A DNA stretch of 61,225 nt, counting the filler, from Sphacelaria rigidula (lineage: Eukaryota): assembly GCA_964200075.2 (NCBI GenBank). It is 4 parts of 4 records of this genome, joined end to end, with 100 filler letters (N's around TTAATTAATTAA, not from the genome) between each part and the next. Parts side by side here need not be neighbours in the genome. Positions count along the whole stretch, not along the records: positions 1 to 15,233 come from CAXNAA020001848.1; positions 15,334 to 30,565 come from CAXNAA020001849.1; 2 more parts are not named here. The stretch is one strand, 5' to 3'. The position numbers were made by a program, and so were the translations under genes. Positions within the stretch are counted from its first letter, which is position 1. Each line of letters opens with the position of its first letter. Below, one piece after another: positions 13,325-25,665 of this stretch. The notes beneath the pieces are model-generated. The model saw only the letters and a program-made list of their open reading frames with translations. It had not been told where the DNA came from and did no database searches.

Positions 13325-15233
13325 GAATACTGAGTATTCTGGCTGTGGACACCCTAGTACTCCAAGTAGCCTGAACGTTCACGGTACCCCAGGGCACGTC
13401 CATATTATACCCAAACACCGCTTTCTTGGAACAGAAAATCTGGGACTACGTCGAGAAGGGACGGGACGGGAAGTGGAACTCGGTAAAATGCCGGAACGGG
13501 ACGGTCCTCTTCCCTGTAATATTTTCATCCCGTGAAAATGCCCGCAATAATAACGCCGAGCGATAAATCCCAGGTACTTTTCAGTGTCTTCTGCTGGGAC
13601 CAGCCCGTATAGCGACTACGTTCCTGTTGTAGGCGTACGGCCCCTCGGCTTATACGTGACACGGTAACCCCAACTGATAGTATACACATGATATACAAGA
13701 CAAACATGAGGAGAAGGTGAGAGAAAACGCCGCTATAAAATCGCCTGGACAATTCTTGCAGGTCACCTGGTGATGCCGTCACTGAACGGTGATAGTTTGT
13801 GGTTCTCTAATGTGGGTATTCCCGCCATGTGGATCGACAGTCACGGTCCGCCCACGATACGCAACACACTCGCACAGCCAGTGTTGTTCCTTTTCGATAA
13901 TATGGAGGCGGTGTTTTGGAAGATTGGACGTCTGGACGCGGCGCGCCTCGTGTATGATAATGGCGAAACTTCGAGTCCATGTTGTATGACGCCACAGGTG
14001 GGTATCGGAACGACAGGTTCGGTGTCGCTAGGCGCGCATGGCGCTGTGTGGGTGGAAACGGTGGTTATCAGAATGACTACGAGCTGGGCCAGTCGAGAAG
14101 CGAATTTGTAGTTTGCAGGCCCATTCACCGGCCAATACTTAGAGTTGTGCCCTGAAATTGGGTATGGACAATGAAAAGGGCATAATGAAAACAAATATCA
14201 GTGCACACAAGTTTTCATCTATTTCATGAGTGGAGGGCATTTCCTGAAACTTGAAACTGATTATTGCCCGTAACTCATTATTTGAAAAAAAAACTTGTGT
14301 GCACTGGTAGTTGTTTTTAGTATGCCCTATTTATTCATTGTCCGTACCAAATTTCAGGGTCTAATCTCTAAAAATTGGCTGGTGAATGGGACGCTTAGTG
14401 ACGGGGTCAGAAGAAATTCGGAACAGTATTTTGCAGGCCACTTACCGGCCCACGTTCGGTGTTTGTGTATTGAAACTTTGTGTGGGCCGTGGCTAGGGCA
14501 TAATTGACGAAACAAAGTGGGTCACGTTGACTTTTTGTATTTTTTAACAGGTTTGGGGCGTTTGAGCATGGAAACGATCATTTTTTCACGAGAACGCCCG
14601 AACCTCTCCCAGAAAAAGAAATAAATTGAGGACCCATTTTTTTTTTCATTCAGCATACCTCTGTGCTTCTTTATTCTGAGTTTCAAATCACAATTCTAAA
14701 AATTGAACTGAAAAATTGAGATAAGACCCAAGAGCAGTCTTCATTTCGTGGCTAGGGCATAAGTGACAATCTTCATAATTTTCAAAAGCCCGAGAAAAAA
14801 TGGAAACGAACGAAAAAATTGAAAAAGCTGTGTTTTTTAGCTTCATTATGCACTAGCGGTTCTTCACACGAAATTTCATGGCATAACTCTCAAAAACTGA
14901 TACGCGATATCCAGATTTAGTTCATCTGATGCCTCTGCTCGTAATATACTGATCTTAGTATGAAAACTTATGTGCGCCATATCTCGAGATAGATCACTAA
15001 TTGGGTGAAGGTGAGGGTATCTATTGTCTCCCAGTGCTCAAGGGAATGTCCACACCAAAATTCGCTGCCATCCGCTGAATGCATCGATCGGGGGGTTTAT
15101 AGATATTTTAGTATGGACGCTATCTGCGTCAGGTATAGGAATTACTAGACATGGGGTTTAATCAAGGGCAATATACAAAAAAGGGTAGACCCTTATGTTT
15201 TTGGAGCAAAAAAGGGTGGCGCATGTCTCCTTT

Positions 15234-15333
15234 NNNNNNNNNNNNNNNNNNNNNNNNNNNNNNNNNNNNNNNNNNNNTTAATTAATTAANNNNNNNNNNN
15301 NNNNNNNNNNNNNNNNNNNNNNNNNNNNNNNNN
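15234..15333. other. Artificial contig-joining spacer N44-TTAATTAATTAA-N44
   Basis: 12-mer with stops in all six frames inside N runs; the identical design occurs three times. Confidence 0.97.
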
Positions 15334-17878
15334 TCCCAACTGCTCGTTGTGCTCGGCCTTTCCCATTTCGATTTACGTGAAGATTTTGCCTCCCAAAACC
15401 ATGCACTTTCGGGGGGGGGGCTATCGTAGAAAGTGTCAGTTGTAGTGTTTGTTGTATTTCGATACAATTGGGCCGTTACTGGTGTATTTGTACCTGTGAT
15501 GGAAAAGCAGGCGTTTCAGCTGACACCGTAGAGGGAGTGTGACGTTTTCACGTTGCGCATGCGAACATTTTTACATCCGTGTGTTTGCATGATTGATACG
15601 AGCGCTGATGCTGAGCCACACGGAAGGAACGTTGGACGGCATGATGGTGGCATGTTGTTAAAACAGTTCGCACTCGCATAGATCTGCATTTTGCCATGAC
15701 TACAGCTCGAAAGCGGCCGAGATACAAAGTTGCATCTTGTGGCAGAAATCGGTTCATGTCCAGAGGTCAAGTGGTTCAAAATATTTGTGAGCGTGCACTG
15801 CTACGCCCCTGTTTGTCTTTCCCGGCGATCGCGACACGCGTGTTTTCTCCCGACTCCCTCGACGCGTTTGAACGTCGTGGCATGCGTTTCTATGTACTGT
15901 ACAGTCCCTCACAATACTATCCTCTAAAGGTAGCGGGTGATGACACGAGTAAACCTTTTCGAGTGAGTCTTTCCCCCCCCCGCTGCCCTACCGGTCTCCG
16001 AGCGTGTTCTAGCACTGATGAGCATGGCGGGCGTTGTTTGTTCCCCCCTTACCCCACAACCGTATCCCACGTAGATTTGACCGTGATTTGTTATTGACGC
16101 ATTCTCAGCGTCGACGTAGAGCCGATTAGTTGGACATATCTGAAAGTGCGTGTGGCCGAAGAAGAGCACAAGTGAGATGGATAACTCTGTAGCACAATGT
16201 GGTGGAACTTTGACATCGAAAATACGAAGTTGTAGCCTTGCTCGAAACACGTCATCAGCGGAACAAGATCCCGTCGACCCTATCACCAGCCTGTTGATCA
16301 TCTCATTTTGCGCTCTCACCGTGCTTTCATTATGTTGCTTGAGTCACGCAGGCCTCGGCACGAGCGGCACGAGTCAACGTGGACAGCCGCGGGCATGCGC
16401 AGGTGAGTACTTCATAGCATCGTAGTAGTCTTGTGTCGGGATTTGGCGGGTGATGCGGAGTACGGCGGCGCCATGTGCACACAGCACAGAGTAATGATGT
16501 GTATATAATGGCGGCGTGTTTTGGTTGTGCAGGTACTGCCCGTGTCACTTGGCGTGTATGTTAACGCCATTATGTCTTGGGATCTATAAGACACCGACAC
16601 GCCTTCACGGGTTCTTTTCTTGCGTTCCACCTTGCAGTATCCAGAAACGTTGTCGCTCCTTTCAAGTTTCGTACCAAAAGCTCATTGGTCCCAGTGCGGT
16701 ATAGATAAGTGCCTTATTTACCAAGACCTTTTCGTTTCGAGTGTGGTGTCAAAACCTACTTGGTTCTAGAATAGTGTACATCAGGCTGATCGGAGCGAAA
16801 TATACCAACCGATGCCTCCGGACCTGAAGCGTAAAAAAGAAGAGCACATTCGCCATTGGAAGGCCGTCGTTACCGTTGTGCACAAGGCATTTCTATTTTC
16901 GTAGATGAGTGCAAATTCCTCGTGTGGCAAAGATTCAGTCAAACAGGCCCAACGGAGGAAAAAACCAAAGACCAAATCAAGGGAGACCTTCGAACGGTAG
17001 ATGCACGCACTCTCTCTGTCGGAGTTTGAGGTTCCAAATGTCAAACCTTGAGTAACCAATCCAAGACAAGTGCATGTACCAAGGGCTTTGAGATCCCTTC
17101 CATATGGGAAGATGTTCCCCTCGATGTTCGCTTCGGCTGTAATTCTCCGACGGCGACGAGGTGGGTATCGAAAGAGGCATCACTGTCATCGCGTTCGGTT
17201 GGCCTCAGCGACGTGTACTCGTGATTTGAGGACAATGAAGCCAGACGTGGTATGTGTTGCGTATGGCTCGGAACACACATCCCTAGCTGCCGCTGTCGGG
17301 CTGTGTGTGGTATGCTGGCATAGTGTTCGATGATGGGAGTGTTCGGATGACCGACCAGAGCGCGCGGTGCACTCCGCGGTACCCGTACGGTTGCAGGAAA
17401 GCTTTTTTGTGTCGCCTTTGCCCGTGGTTGTGTGGGTGTTTACCCCGCAGTCTGTTTTCGGTCTACCTCGCCGGCACCAACCTGCATCAATGGAAGGGTG
17501 TTTTTCGTCGCAAGTCAGCACCCTTATTCAGCCTAGTCCCACAAGTCCGTCGACTTCAATTTGTTTGGTATTGAGATGTTGTTGAGCTTCATGTGCTTTC
17601 GAAACCAGTTGCCTTCAAAATGGAACCAATAGCTGCTGAGTTCTAGTGTGATCTGTTCGAAAAAACTCGCGGGTGTCCAAAAGTCTTGTAGGGGACAGGG
17701 CGGGATCTGGCTGAGGTACCGTGTTGTAGGCACCACTTGGCGAGGCTCGCCGTACTCTCTTTAAATGCCTTGCATGTCTGGAGACAGATTTGAATGTATC
17801 TTTCAAGCGTCCATTGACCCATCAGAAGGCCCATCGCTTTCACACCCGCGCTCACACCGGAAACAAAATTCACAGGCC

Positions 17879-20316
17879 ATGCCAAGCACAAAGAGGCGTG
17901 CTGCGGCGGAGGCGGGCGACGCGAGGGCGGGAGATAGGTCTGGTATGGATGAAGTGTGTGGACTCTTTCCGCGGCTGACCCTTGGCCCCGCGGAGGCGGC
18001 GGCGGCTGCGGACAAGGCGGGCATCTACCGGCAGGGACAGCGCCGGGCCAAGGCGCCTACGATGGCATGTGCGGCTGCCGAGGGTGGCAAAAAACGACGC
18101 ACGTCCCAGACATTCAGTGCTAGCGGAGGTGGTGAAGACGGCGGGGGAAGCAGGAAGCGACTCTCGCTCTCTCCGGCGGTAGCCGCGACGGCGAGTTCGC
18201 TCGCTGACGACAAAAGCAAGAAGCGGCTCCCGTCAGCACGAGCCTTCCATGTTGGACAGGGCGGAGGATATGTTGGGGGTGGAGGTGGAGGTGGAAGTCA
18301 AAGGCTGCCCCGGCGACGGCGTGCTCCAACAAGGGGCCATGAGGTTCGTTATTCGGTAGTGGCTGAGGTATTTCATCCGCTTTTTGGTGGTGAATTTTCA
18401 GCCAGTCAGTTGTGAATAATTTCACGGTTACTCTTATTGGCGTTGTCGGGAACAAGAGGGCGCGTATCTCTCAGTCTCGGCAATTCCTCCGTCACCCCGA
18501 TTTGCTTTGGGCAAAAAGGGAAAATCTAGGACATCGGTCAAAGAGCTCGAGAGTCCTCTTCAGGCAAGTGCAGAAGCTGCGGGAGAGACGTGACGCATTT
18601 CGATGATGGGAGTTCAGTTGACTGGGCTATTTTTCTCGTGTCTCGTTTCTGGGAGGTATGACTTAGTCTCCAAGCAACTCCGCAGCTCCGTCGGTGTGCT
18701 TTAATTTTAGTTATCATACAACCCCGGCTTCGTTGACTGGCGGCAAAGTCTTGTCAACGCATCAAGATAGTGTACATCCTTACTCGGAGTCTAGTAGCGG
18801 ACTCTCAGCGCTTGAGAAGGGTGCTTGGGTAAGGAAGCCCGACAAGGTGTAAAATAGCATTTTGATCAGTTGGTTTAGAGTACCCCTCGTCTCCCTCTCT
18901 CCTACGCCCTCTCTTTGGCTGGAGAAAAAATTGAGAGTGTGGTACCTTTTGCGCTCGGATACCCTGGTTGGAATCCATGATTCTGTCGTGAATGCCAGTA
19001 ATTTGTGCTGAAGCTCGAAACATTGGTGGGTCAATAGAAGACTGTTTTTACCGAAATGTTTGAAATGCGAATGGAAGTATAACGGCAGGACGGTGTGCTC
19101 GTGTAGTGTCATGTGTCATATTGCTGGAACTGTGGAATTTGGTTTTACTGTGTGTCTTGGTCGTTAGATATTTCCTATAAGCGGCGTGTGTAGGGTATGT
19201 AGATAGCGCGTGGTATGTCGCAACTATATGGTAGTGTTGGCTCGTTCAGCGTCCTTCGTGCGTACAGGGTTCCGTGGTGATGGCGATGCAGTCATGATTC
19301 GCGGTGTACAAACGTTGTTTCTCCCATATTCGCGTATATCGTGACATTCTGGGCTCAGGTTGGTCGGCAACCGATGACCGGACAACCAACCGGAGGAGGA
19401 GGGGGACGGAGAGGAGGGCTGGGATGGGGAGGAAGGGCTGGCGGCGTACAGCCATCGCTGCTCCAGGTGCCTGCTGCACTGCCGACTCCAGCGCCGGCAC
19501 AGGTGCAGCCACCGCCAGTGTACGTTGGAGGGGGCGTCGGAGTCGGGCCGGGCGTGGGTTTCTCCTCTTCCGGCCAGGGAGGAGGGGGCGAGGCGACTGC
19601 TGCACCGCCGACTCCAGCGCCGGCACAGGCGCAGCCACCGCCAGTGCACGTTGGAGGGGGCGTCGAAGTCGGGCCCGGTGTGGGCTCCTCCTCCTCCGGT
19701 CAGGGCGGAGGGGGCGGAGCGGTGCGGGGACGCGACGGCGCGAGTGGTGGAAAGGAGGAGGAGGAGGAGCAGGGACAACGCAAGAGGGTCAGGAAGGTGA
19801 GTCGTGTAATGTTATGTCTCTTTGTTTGTTGTTGACACGACGCTTTTGGTGGCTGGAATCAAGTAGATGTTGTGGAATGGCAGATGCTGCCATGAGCAGC
19901 AAGCAGGGTTCGTGCCGTCCAGGGAGTTTGTACATGTAATGGTGGTGTGGCAGTAGGCGCTGATGGCCGTTGTGCATGTGATGCGGAGACGTGAGGCGGG
20001 CCCCGCCTCAGTGTCAGCGTAGGGTTTTGGATTGAGTGTGAACGCAAGATATTTCTTCCCAATCCAGCAAGATATTTGCCATAGCTTCATTAGCCTGCGA
20101 CATAGCTGCAGACCGACAAATGGATGAGACTTTCGTGTTGTCGTGACTGCGGTCGTCAGCTTGCGGTATGATGTCAAGGGATAAGTAGGCAATAGTATTA
20201 TTGCCGTCGTGCTTGTGCAGCAGCACGCCAACTCATACTTGAATCTTCAGTGCTGGTGTGTATCTCAGTATATCCCCACTTCCTCTTGACCGTCATTCGT
20301 CGAGCAGGGCCGTTGA
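17879..20316 (+). CDS. Unknown low-complexity, basic, Gly/Pro-rich protein (~300 aa); exons 17879-18343, 19359-19796, probably 20308-20316
   Basis: Starts MPSTKRRAAAE. Donor GAG|GTTCGT, acceptor CTCAG|GTT, donor AAG|GTGAGT, all phase 0. Last acceptor GAGCAG|GGC CGT TGA is tentative. Exon 2 has an in-frame 126-nt duplication. Confidence 0.6.
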
Positions 20317-20491
20317 GCGAAAGACGGCGAAGGGTGGCGAGTTCGGCGGCGGTGGTGAATGGGTCGCCCAGCGCTAGGTGTTACGTGGCTTGCATAGTAT
20401 ATTGTGAAGGGTGGGAGGTGCGGGGGTAGGGTATGATGTGTTGAGCTTTGCGAGCTTCAAATAGTACATTTTCATTACTTAGGCTTAGCTA

Positions 20492-20947
20492 TCGTGTTCT
20501 TTCTCCGCGTGGCTTTTTTCTAGATTGGCATGTGGCTACACTGCCCCCCAAGCCCCCGTCTCGGGACGATGGCTTGACCGACGTGACTTGATCGCACGGG
20601 GTGGGTCGAACGAAGACGGGGGCGGGCAGGTCGGTTCGTTTTCTACGCGTGGCCTTTCTCTAGATTGGCATGTGGCTACACTGCCCCCGTCTCGGGACGA
20701 TGGCTCGGCCGACGTGACTTGATCGCACGGGGTGGGTCCAGCGAAGACGGGGGCGGATACGTCGATTCGTTTTCTACGCATGGTTGTCTCTAGATTGGCA
20801 TGTGGCTACACTGCCCCCCGTCTTCAGGACGATGGCTTGGCGGACGTGACTTGATCCCACGGGGTGGGTCGAGCGAAGACGGGGGCGGGTAGATCGATCG
20901 TTTTCTACGCATGGTTTGTCTCTAGATTGGCATGTGACTACACTGCC
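20492..20947. repeat. Tandem array of ~130-140 bp units (3.3 copies), each full unit with an internal hairpin
   Basis: TAGATTGGCATGTG at 20521, 20661, 20791 and 20923. Each full unit has GCCCCCGTCT...AGACGGGGGC. Confidence 0.9.
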
Positions 20948-22246
20948 ATGGCGCGATTGTGTTGCTCCCAGCCGACCAATTCATCGTTGCCCACGTGTAG
21001 CTTTAATGCCGGGGGGTCATGCAACAGAAGCGTGTGCGTCTAGGCTGAAGATAGACGATGATCAGCCAACTCACGATGACTTTAGCAAGCCGTCATTTAT
21101 ACCATACCGCCATCATCCCCCAAACCTACTTGACTGTTACTTTGCACTGAGTCTTGGCCGTGGTGCGCGCTTGCATGTGCTGTATAGTATTGGTGTCATT
21201 AGTCGCAAATAAGGGAAGGTTGCTTCTTAGCACTGGAAGTGCGGAGCGGTCGACATGTTGCTTTTTTATTTTTTCCAGCTCATTTGAGGGATTCAAGTGT
21301 GGGTAGGCATGAGAAAAAGCTCATATTTGTGCGAGGCAAGGATGCGAGTGCAGGGGTTTCTGTCATTATGGAGGCACAGCATGTCGCTTTCGACCCAGTA
21401 TCGGGTCGTGTGATACCTGCATGCGGCGGTCTTTCACCTTGCGCGCATCCCCCTCCCATGGTAACGCTGTAGTAAAGAGAGCTTGAGAGACCAGAATATT
21501 GTGGACGAGTTCAGATAGAGTGTCTTCCAAAATTGTGGAGGGTGCCCCACAATTATGTTCTGTGTGCATTTCAGCGTGTCGGATCCTTGAGGTATATTTT
21601 TTGCTATGTGTCGAATTCAGTAGCTTTTGTAGGTAACAACGTATACATGCCGGAGCATGGGCGCATTTCAGATCGTGATATCCTGAGTAACCCGAAAGTT
21701 GCGGTCGAAGATATATATAGTGTTTGAAGTACAGGTGCAACGATTCGTTGTTCGTGTCGTTCACCGTGGCCAGGCGTTGAGTGAGTGCGGTACCTGCCAT
21801 GTAGCGGCCTCGGAACGACGCTCCACGGACACCCCATCACGGTCGGGATAGTGTGTCTCCTGTCATAGCCACGGAGGTATAGACGTTTATAAATCTCAGC
21901 ACGCATTCCCTATGTGCGTCGGGCCTTAGTTCCATAGCCCGACATGCATGTTGAGCTTTTAGGGCCAGCCCTACCGTTGAAGTTACATCTTGTAGGGAGG
22001 GAAGATTGAGAAAACGTGGATGATGAACGCGTGAACCAACGCTCCATTTATTTTGGTTTTGTGGACCGTGTGGGGTGATGATTTACAGCACGATCCGGGT
22101 ATTGGTCATAAGCTCTACTTGCATGCCCTTCGCCGATACTTCGTTAATCCCTGTCCAACGTTCCTGTCCTCTGCTGCGCCGATACCCCGGTGGTACGCGC
22201 TCCACACTTGACAACGTTTTCGTGACATTATAGGAGCGGAGTGAGC

Positions 22247-23000
22247 TTCGGAACGGGACTTTTACGCAATTCACACCAAGACGCTCGAATCGTCCGATAC
22301 GGCCGTCACCCCCTTGAAAGCCCGTGATCTGACGAGAATTTGGGTGCACAAAGATTCGATACGACGTGGTCAGTGCCGAGTTATGAGGGTAAATTTGATG
22401 TGTCCAAAAAAAGAGTGAAAAAAACACACACATTTAACCCTTAGACCGCGAGGTTAGTCTTCTGTTGAATCGGCATCAATTTCAAGTGAAAAAAAGTATG
22501 CATGATCCAGAAAGACTAATCTCGCGGTCTAAGGGTTAGCTCTGTTTTCATGAGATGGAGAGTAAATCGTTTATTGAGAGGGGGTTTCATTATTCGCTCT
22601 AACATGGCCAATTTTACTTTCTGTGTATGTTTTTTTCATCTGCAATACTGACGTGTGCTTGCAGCTGGGTTGACGTCGATATCCTACTCAGAGATACCAA
22701 GGGCTTTAGTGGCATGCTACCACAGAAAGCGTATTTTTGGCCTCGTGAAGGGGCATTTGGGAATTGACGCCATTCATATATTAATTGACCGCTTCCACTC
22801 TCAATCGTACCCCCTTCTCTCAATCTAACGAAAACATCGTTGTTTTCGTCCGCATCTCATGGAAGGCGTCACCGCGATTTCAAATATGATCGCGCAAAAA
22901 ATCCCGTGAGAGGACGGGCCTCGAGGGGGATGCATCATGACGACCGTTCCGGACGATTCGATCGCCTTGGTGTGAATCACGACAAACTCCCTGTTCCGAA
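22247..23000. mobile_element. Foldback/Mutator-like non-autonomous element with ~90-bp imperfect inverted arms
   Basis: TTCGGAAC...ATTCACACCAAGACGCTCGAATCGTCCG (22247-22340) is inverted at CGGACGATTCGATCGCCTTGGTGTGAAT...GTTCCGAA (22895-23000). Confidence 0.6.
22438..22535. mobile_element. piggyBac-like mini-MITE (98 bp) nested in the foldback element
   Basis: TTAA|CCCTTAGACCGCGAGGTTAGTCTT ... AAGACTAATCTCGCGGTCTAAGGG|TTAG. 24-bp TIR with 1 mismatch, CCC/GGG ends, TTAA-type target. Confidence 0.75.
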
Positions 23001-24689
23001 AAAAATGTGCCTTATCTCGCGAACATGCTGTTACTGGTCTGCGGAAAATCCCCAGATTTCGACCCTAACTTTCAGCCAACACTTACCAGCCGATCATAGA
23101 AATTGAAGATGGAGCTTTTCAACCGGGAAAATTCAAATTTTCGTATCCACACCACATCTTCGAAATATGATTTCACCCCTTCACCTACTACTGGTAGCTA
23201 TTGGCAACTACTGCACGCCCTACGGATTTGGATTGCGATAACCGAAATGTTGGGGTCCTAGGTGAAGAAAAAAGTTTGGGGGATGCAGGCCGGATCCGGT
23301 AACGTTAAAGACCCACTTGAAAATATAGAGAGTATATAATTTTTCTACGCTGCTCTCGTGATGTTCTGCATGTCGATCATAATAATAAGCTGCTGTCAAA
23401 ATTTCAGCGTCCAACTTCTAATTTTACCCAGTGCTTTGCTTGAGCGAGAAAACTACCCACTCTTGGTTGGCCCAGCTCGTGTGACGTAGATGTTCATGTT
23501 TGGCGATGGGTCGGTAGGTACGGGTCAAATGATACAATGTATGCACTAAGTCCAAGTACTTGATTTCAAATAGTTTCCAGCCCCTCTACATCCATAACGC
23601 ATCATTATATTACTCAAGCTTGATTTTAGTATAGACTCCGTCACACTTGTGCTCACTGGCCTTCTGGTCCCGCAGCCACAGTAGTACAGGACCGTGCTGT
23701 GGAGTGATGATATCCAGGGTGCTTTGTCTTTCTGTATACGGGTTGGTGTATTCAACGTTCGCTATAACCGTCGTCGTACCTGCGGCATGGTTATTGTTGG
23801 CGTTGAAGTCTCCATTCGCGCATAGCTTGCTCCTCCTGTATCCTGGACAGCTTTGGATACGGGGCATGAGATAAGACGGTGAGTGATGCTACGGTAGGGG
23901 TGAACAAATATTTTTTGAGGTTAGAATTGTTAGGAGCCCTTTATCTCATGCAAAACACGACCTATGAAAATATGTCTAAGTACGCCAGGATTATTACTAC
24001 TCCAAGGTGCTGGGAATATCCCGAATGAATTTGCAAACGGGGATGCCCTGACTCATATTTTTGTGCACCTAGAATCGTTAGGAGCCCCTGAACTGGACAT
24101 AATTTCGCGAAAAAAGTGCACCCCTACCGTGGCATCGCTCCGGTCCTATCGTGGTCGTTGTGCGTTCTTTCATGCTCCCTGATGGCATGACCCCAGAAAA
24201 GGACTATATCAGCATTGATGCTGCTGGCTCTCTATTCTTGTTCAGTGTGCGTTTGTTCGGAATGGCTCGTGTTGATCGGTGCCGTACAGACAGTACTCCG
24301 CGATGGCCACCGCCTGACCAGGGTTGGCACATCTTGCCGTAAAGATACAGTCTGTACCGCGACAGAAATTGTTCAGAGATGCAATGGCCAAGATGACCAA
24401 GCGCTCTACACACCGGACATCAGGCAGCTAGCCATTATGACGTGAAAATATATCTCTCTTGCGTGTGCGACCCCGTGTGCTAGAGCACCGCCCCCGTATC
24501 GAAGGTATACCGCTTCATGATGACATGGTGCTTGTGAAAATGTCAAAAGTTCCTATTAATTATTTTGAAATTTTGAAATTTAAAAATCTGTTTGGACCTA
24601 CTTCTCAAGAAGAGTATCTGATGATGGCGTCCGTCCTTGAAAGGGTGAGGACGCAAAAGAGTCATCAAGTTGACTGAGGATGTTAGACG

Positions 24690-24840
24690 ACAGTAGACGT
24701 AGTGCGGGAGTGCTAACCCAATCGGCGGTAAGAAAATGTAGGACATGTGCCGGCGAGGAAAAGGGTGGGTGGATCACTTGTGACAATGGATTCGATCCTT
24801 CCGCTGTCCGGGAAGGAGGAGTGAAGTGAGAACAATAAAC
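24690..24840 (+). mobile_element. Degenerate 3' part of the dispersed SINE-like repeat
   Basis: GTGCGGGAGTGCTAACCCAATC matches GTGCGGGAGTGCTGACCCAATC at ~59510; ends in purine-rich and A-rich sequence. Confidence 0.5.
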
Positions 24841-25665
24841 AACACTAGGTTCTTGTCACGCTTTCGGAACATAACTACTCTCAAACACTGGATGATATAC
24901 CGTACTCGTATACCCTGTTGTTATCGTTACCTTTACATTGAAAAGCCTTCCCGCGATATCTGCTAGTATATTCTAACATTCGTACTGGTTCGTCCGAGGT
25001 TCATCTAATGCGGATGCTTCCCCTGGTCACGGACTAACTGACAACCGAAAATAGGGTACAGACGGTACAAGAGCATCAACAAATAAAAATTTAAAAAAAA
25101 AGAAGACAGGGACACAAGAGTCCAGGCCTCAGCACAAAATCAACACAGGGGCAACGTGATACTTTATTATACATTGAATTAATTAAGCAGATGACCACCC
25201 CAGAAAATCGCATACCACCGGCGACCGTTCAGATCAAAGGAGATAGTGCCCATCGCTCCAACTCGACGCGCGAGGCCAAGCAAAACAAGAACAAGAAGAA
25301 CAGCCAGTGATCACCAACCAAGACTATATGATCGCATGATTCTACAACATCCTTGTACTGTTGTAGTCGTACCTCTACGGGGCCCGAGTAACCCGCCTTT
25401 TTTTCACAGTCATTATTCAAACTCTCTCCGTTGATGCTATGGTCATGTAGATTTTTGTTTCCGTTGATCGAGCAGGAATCATCGTGATCGACCAGCAGCG
25501 TAGGCCTACAGGTGTGCAAAAGTAGCCAGCACCAAGATATAGCTGTACCCTGCATTTCACTCGCTTTGACGAGGTTTCATAGTATTCACGAGGTCTGTAC
25601 AGAAGCCTTGGTACTCGAGACAAATGCAAACATCTCTGTGACAGAGCTTTCGCTGTCACGTCCAG

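Noticed and set aside
20552-20886. Hammerhead ribozyme in the tandem repeat
   Set aside because: No CUGANGA and GAAA core on the + strand; not evident on the - strand either.
20308-20947. Selenoprotein: TGA at 20314 with downstream hairpins as SECIS
   Set aside because: The hairpins lack the AUGA/GA non-Watson-Crick core and apical AA, and the protein has no redox motif.
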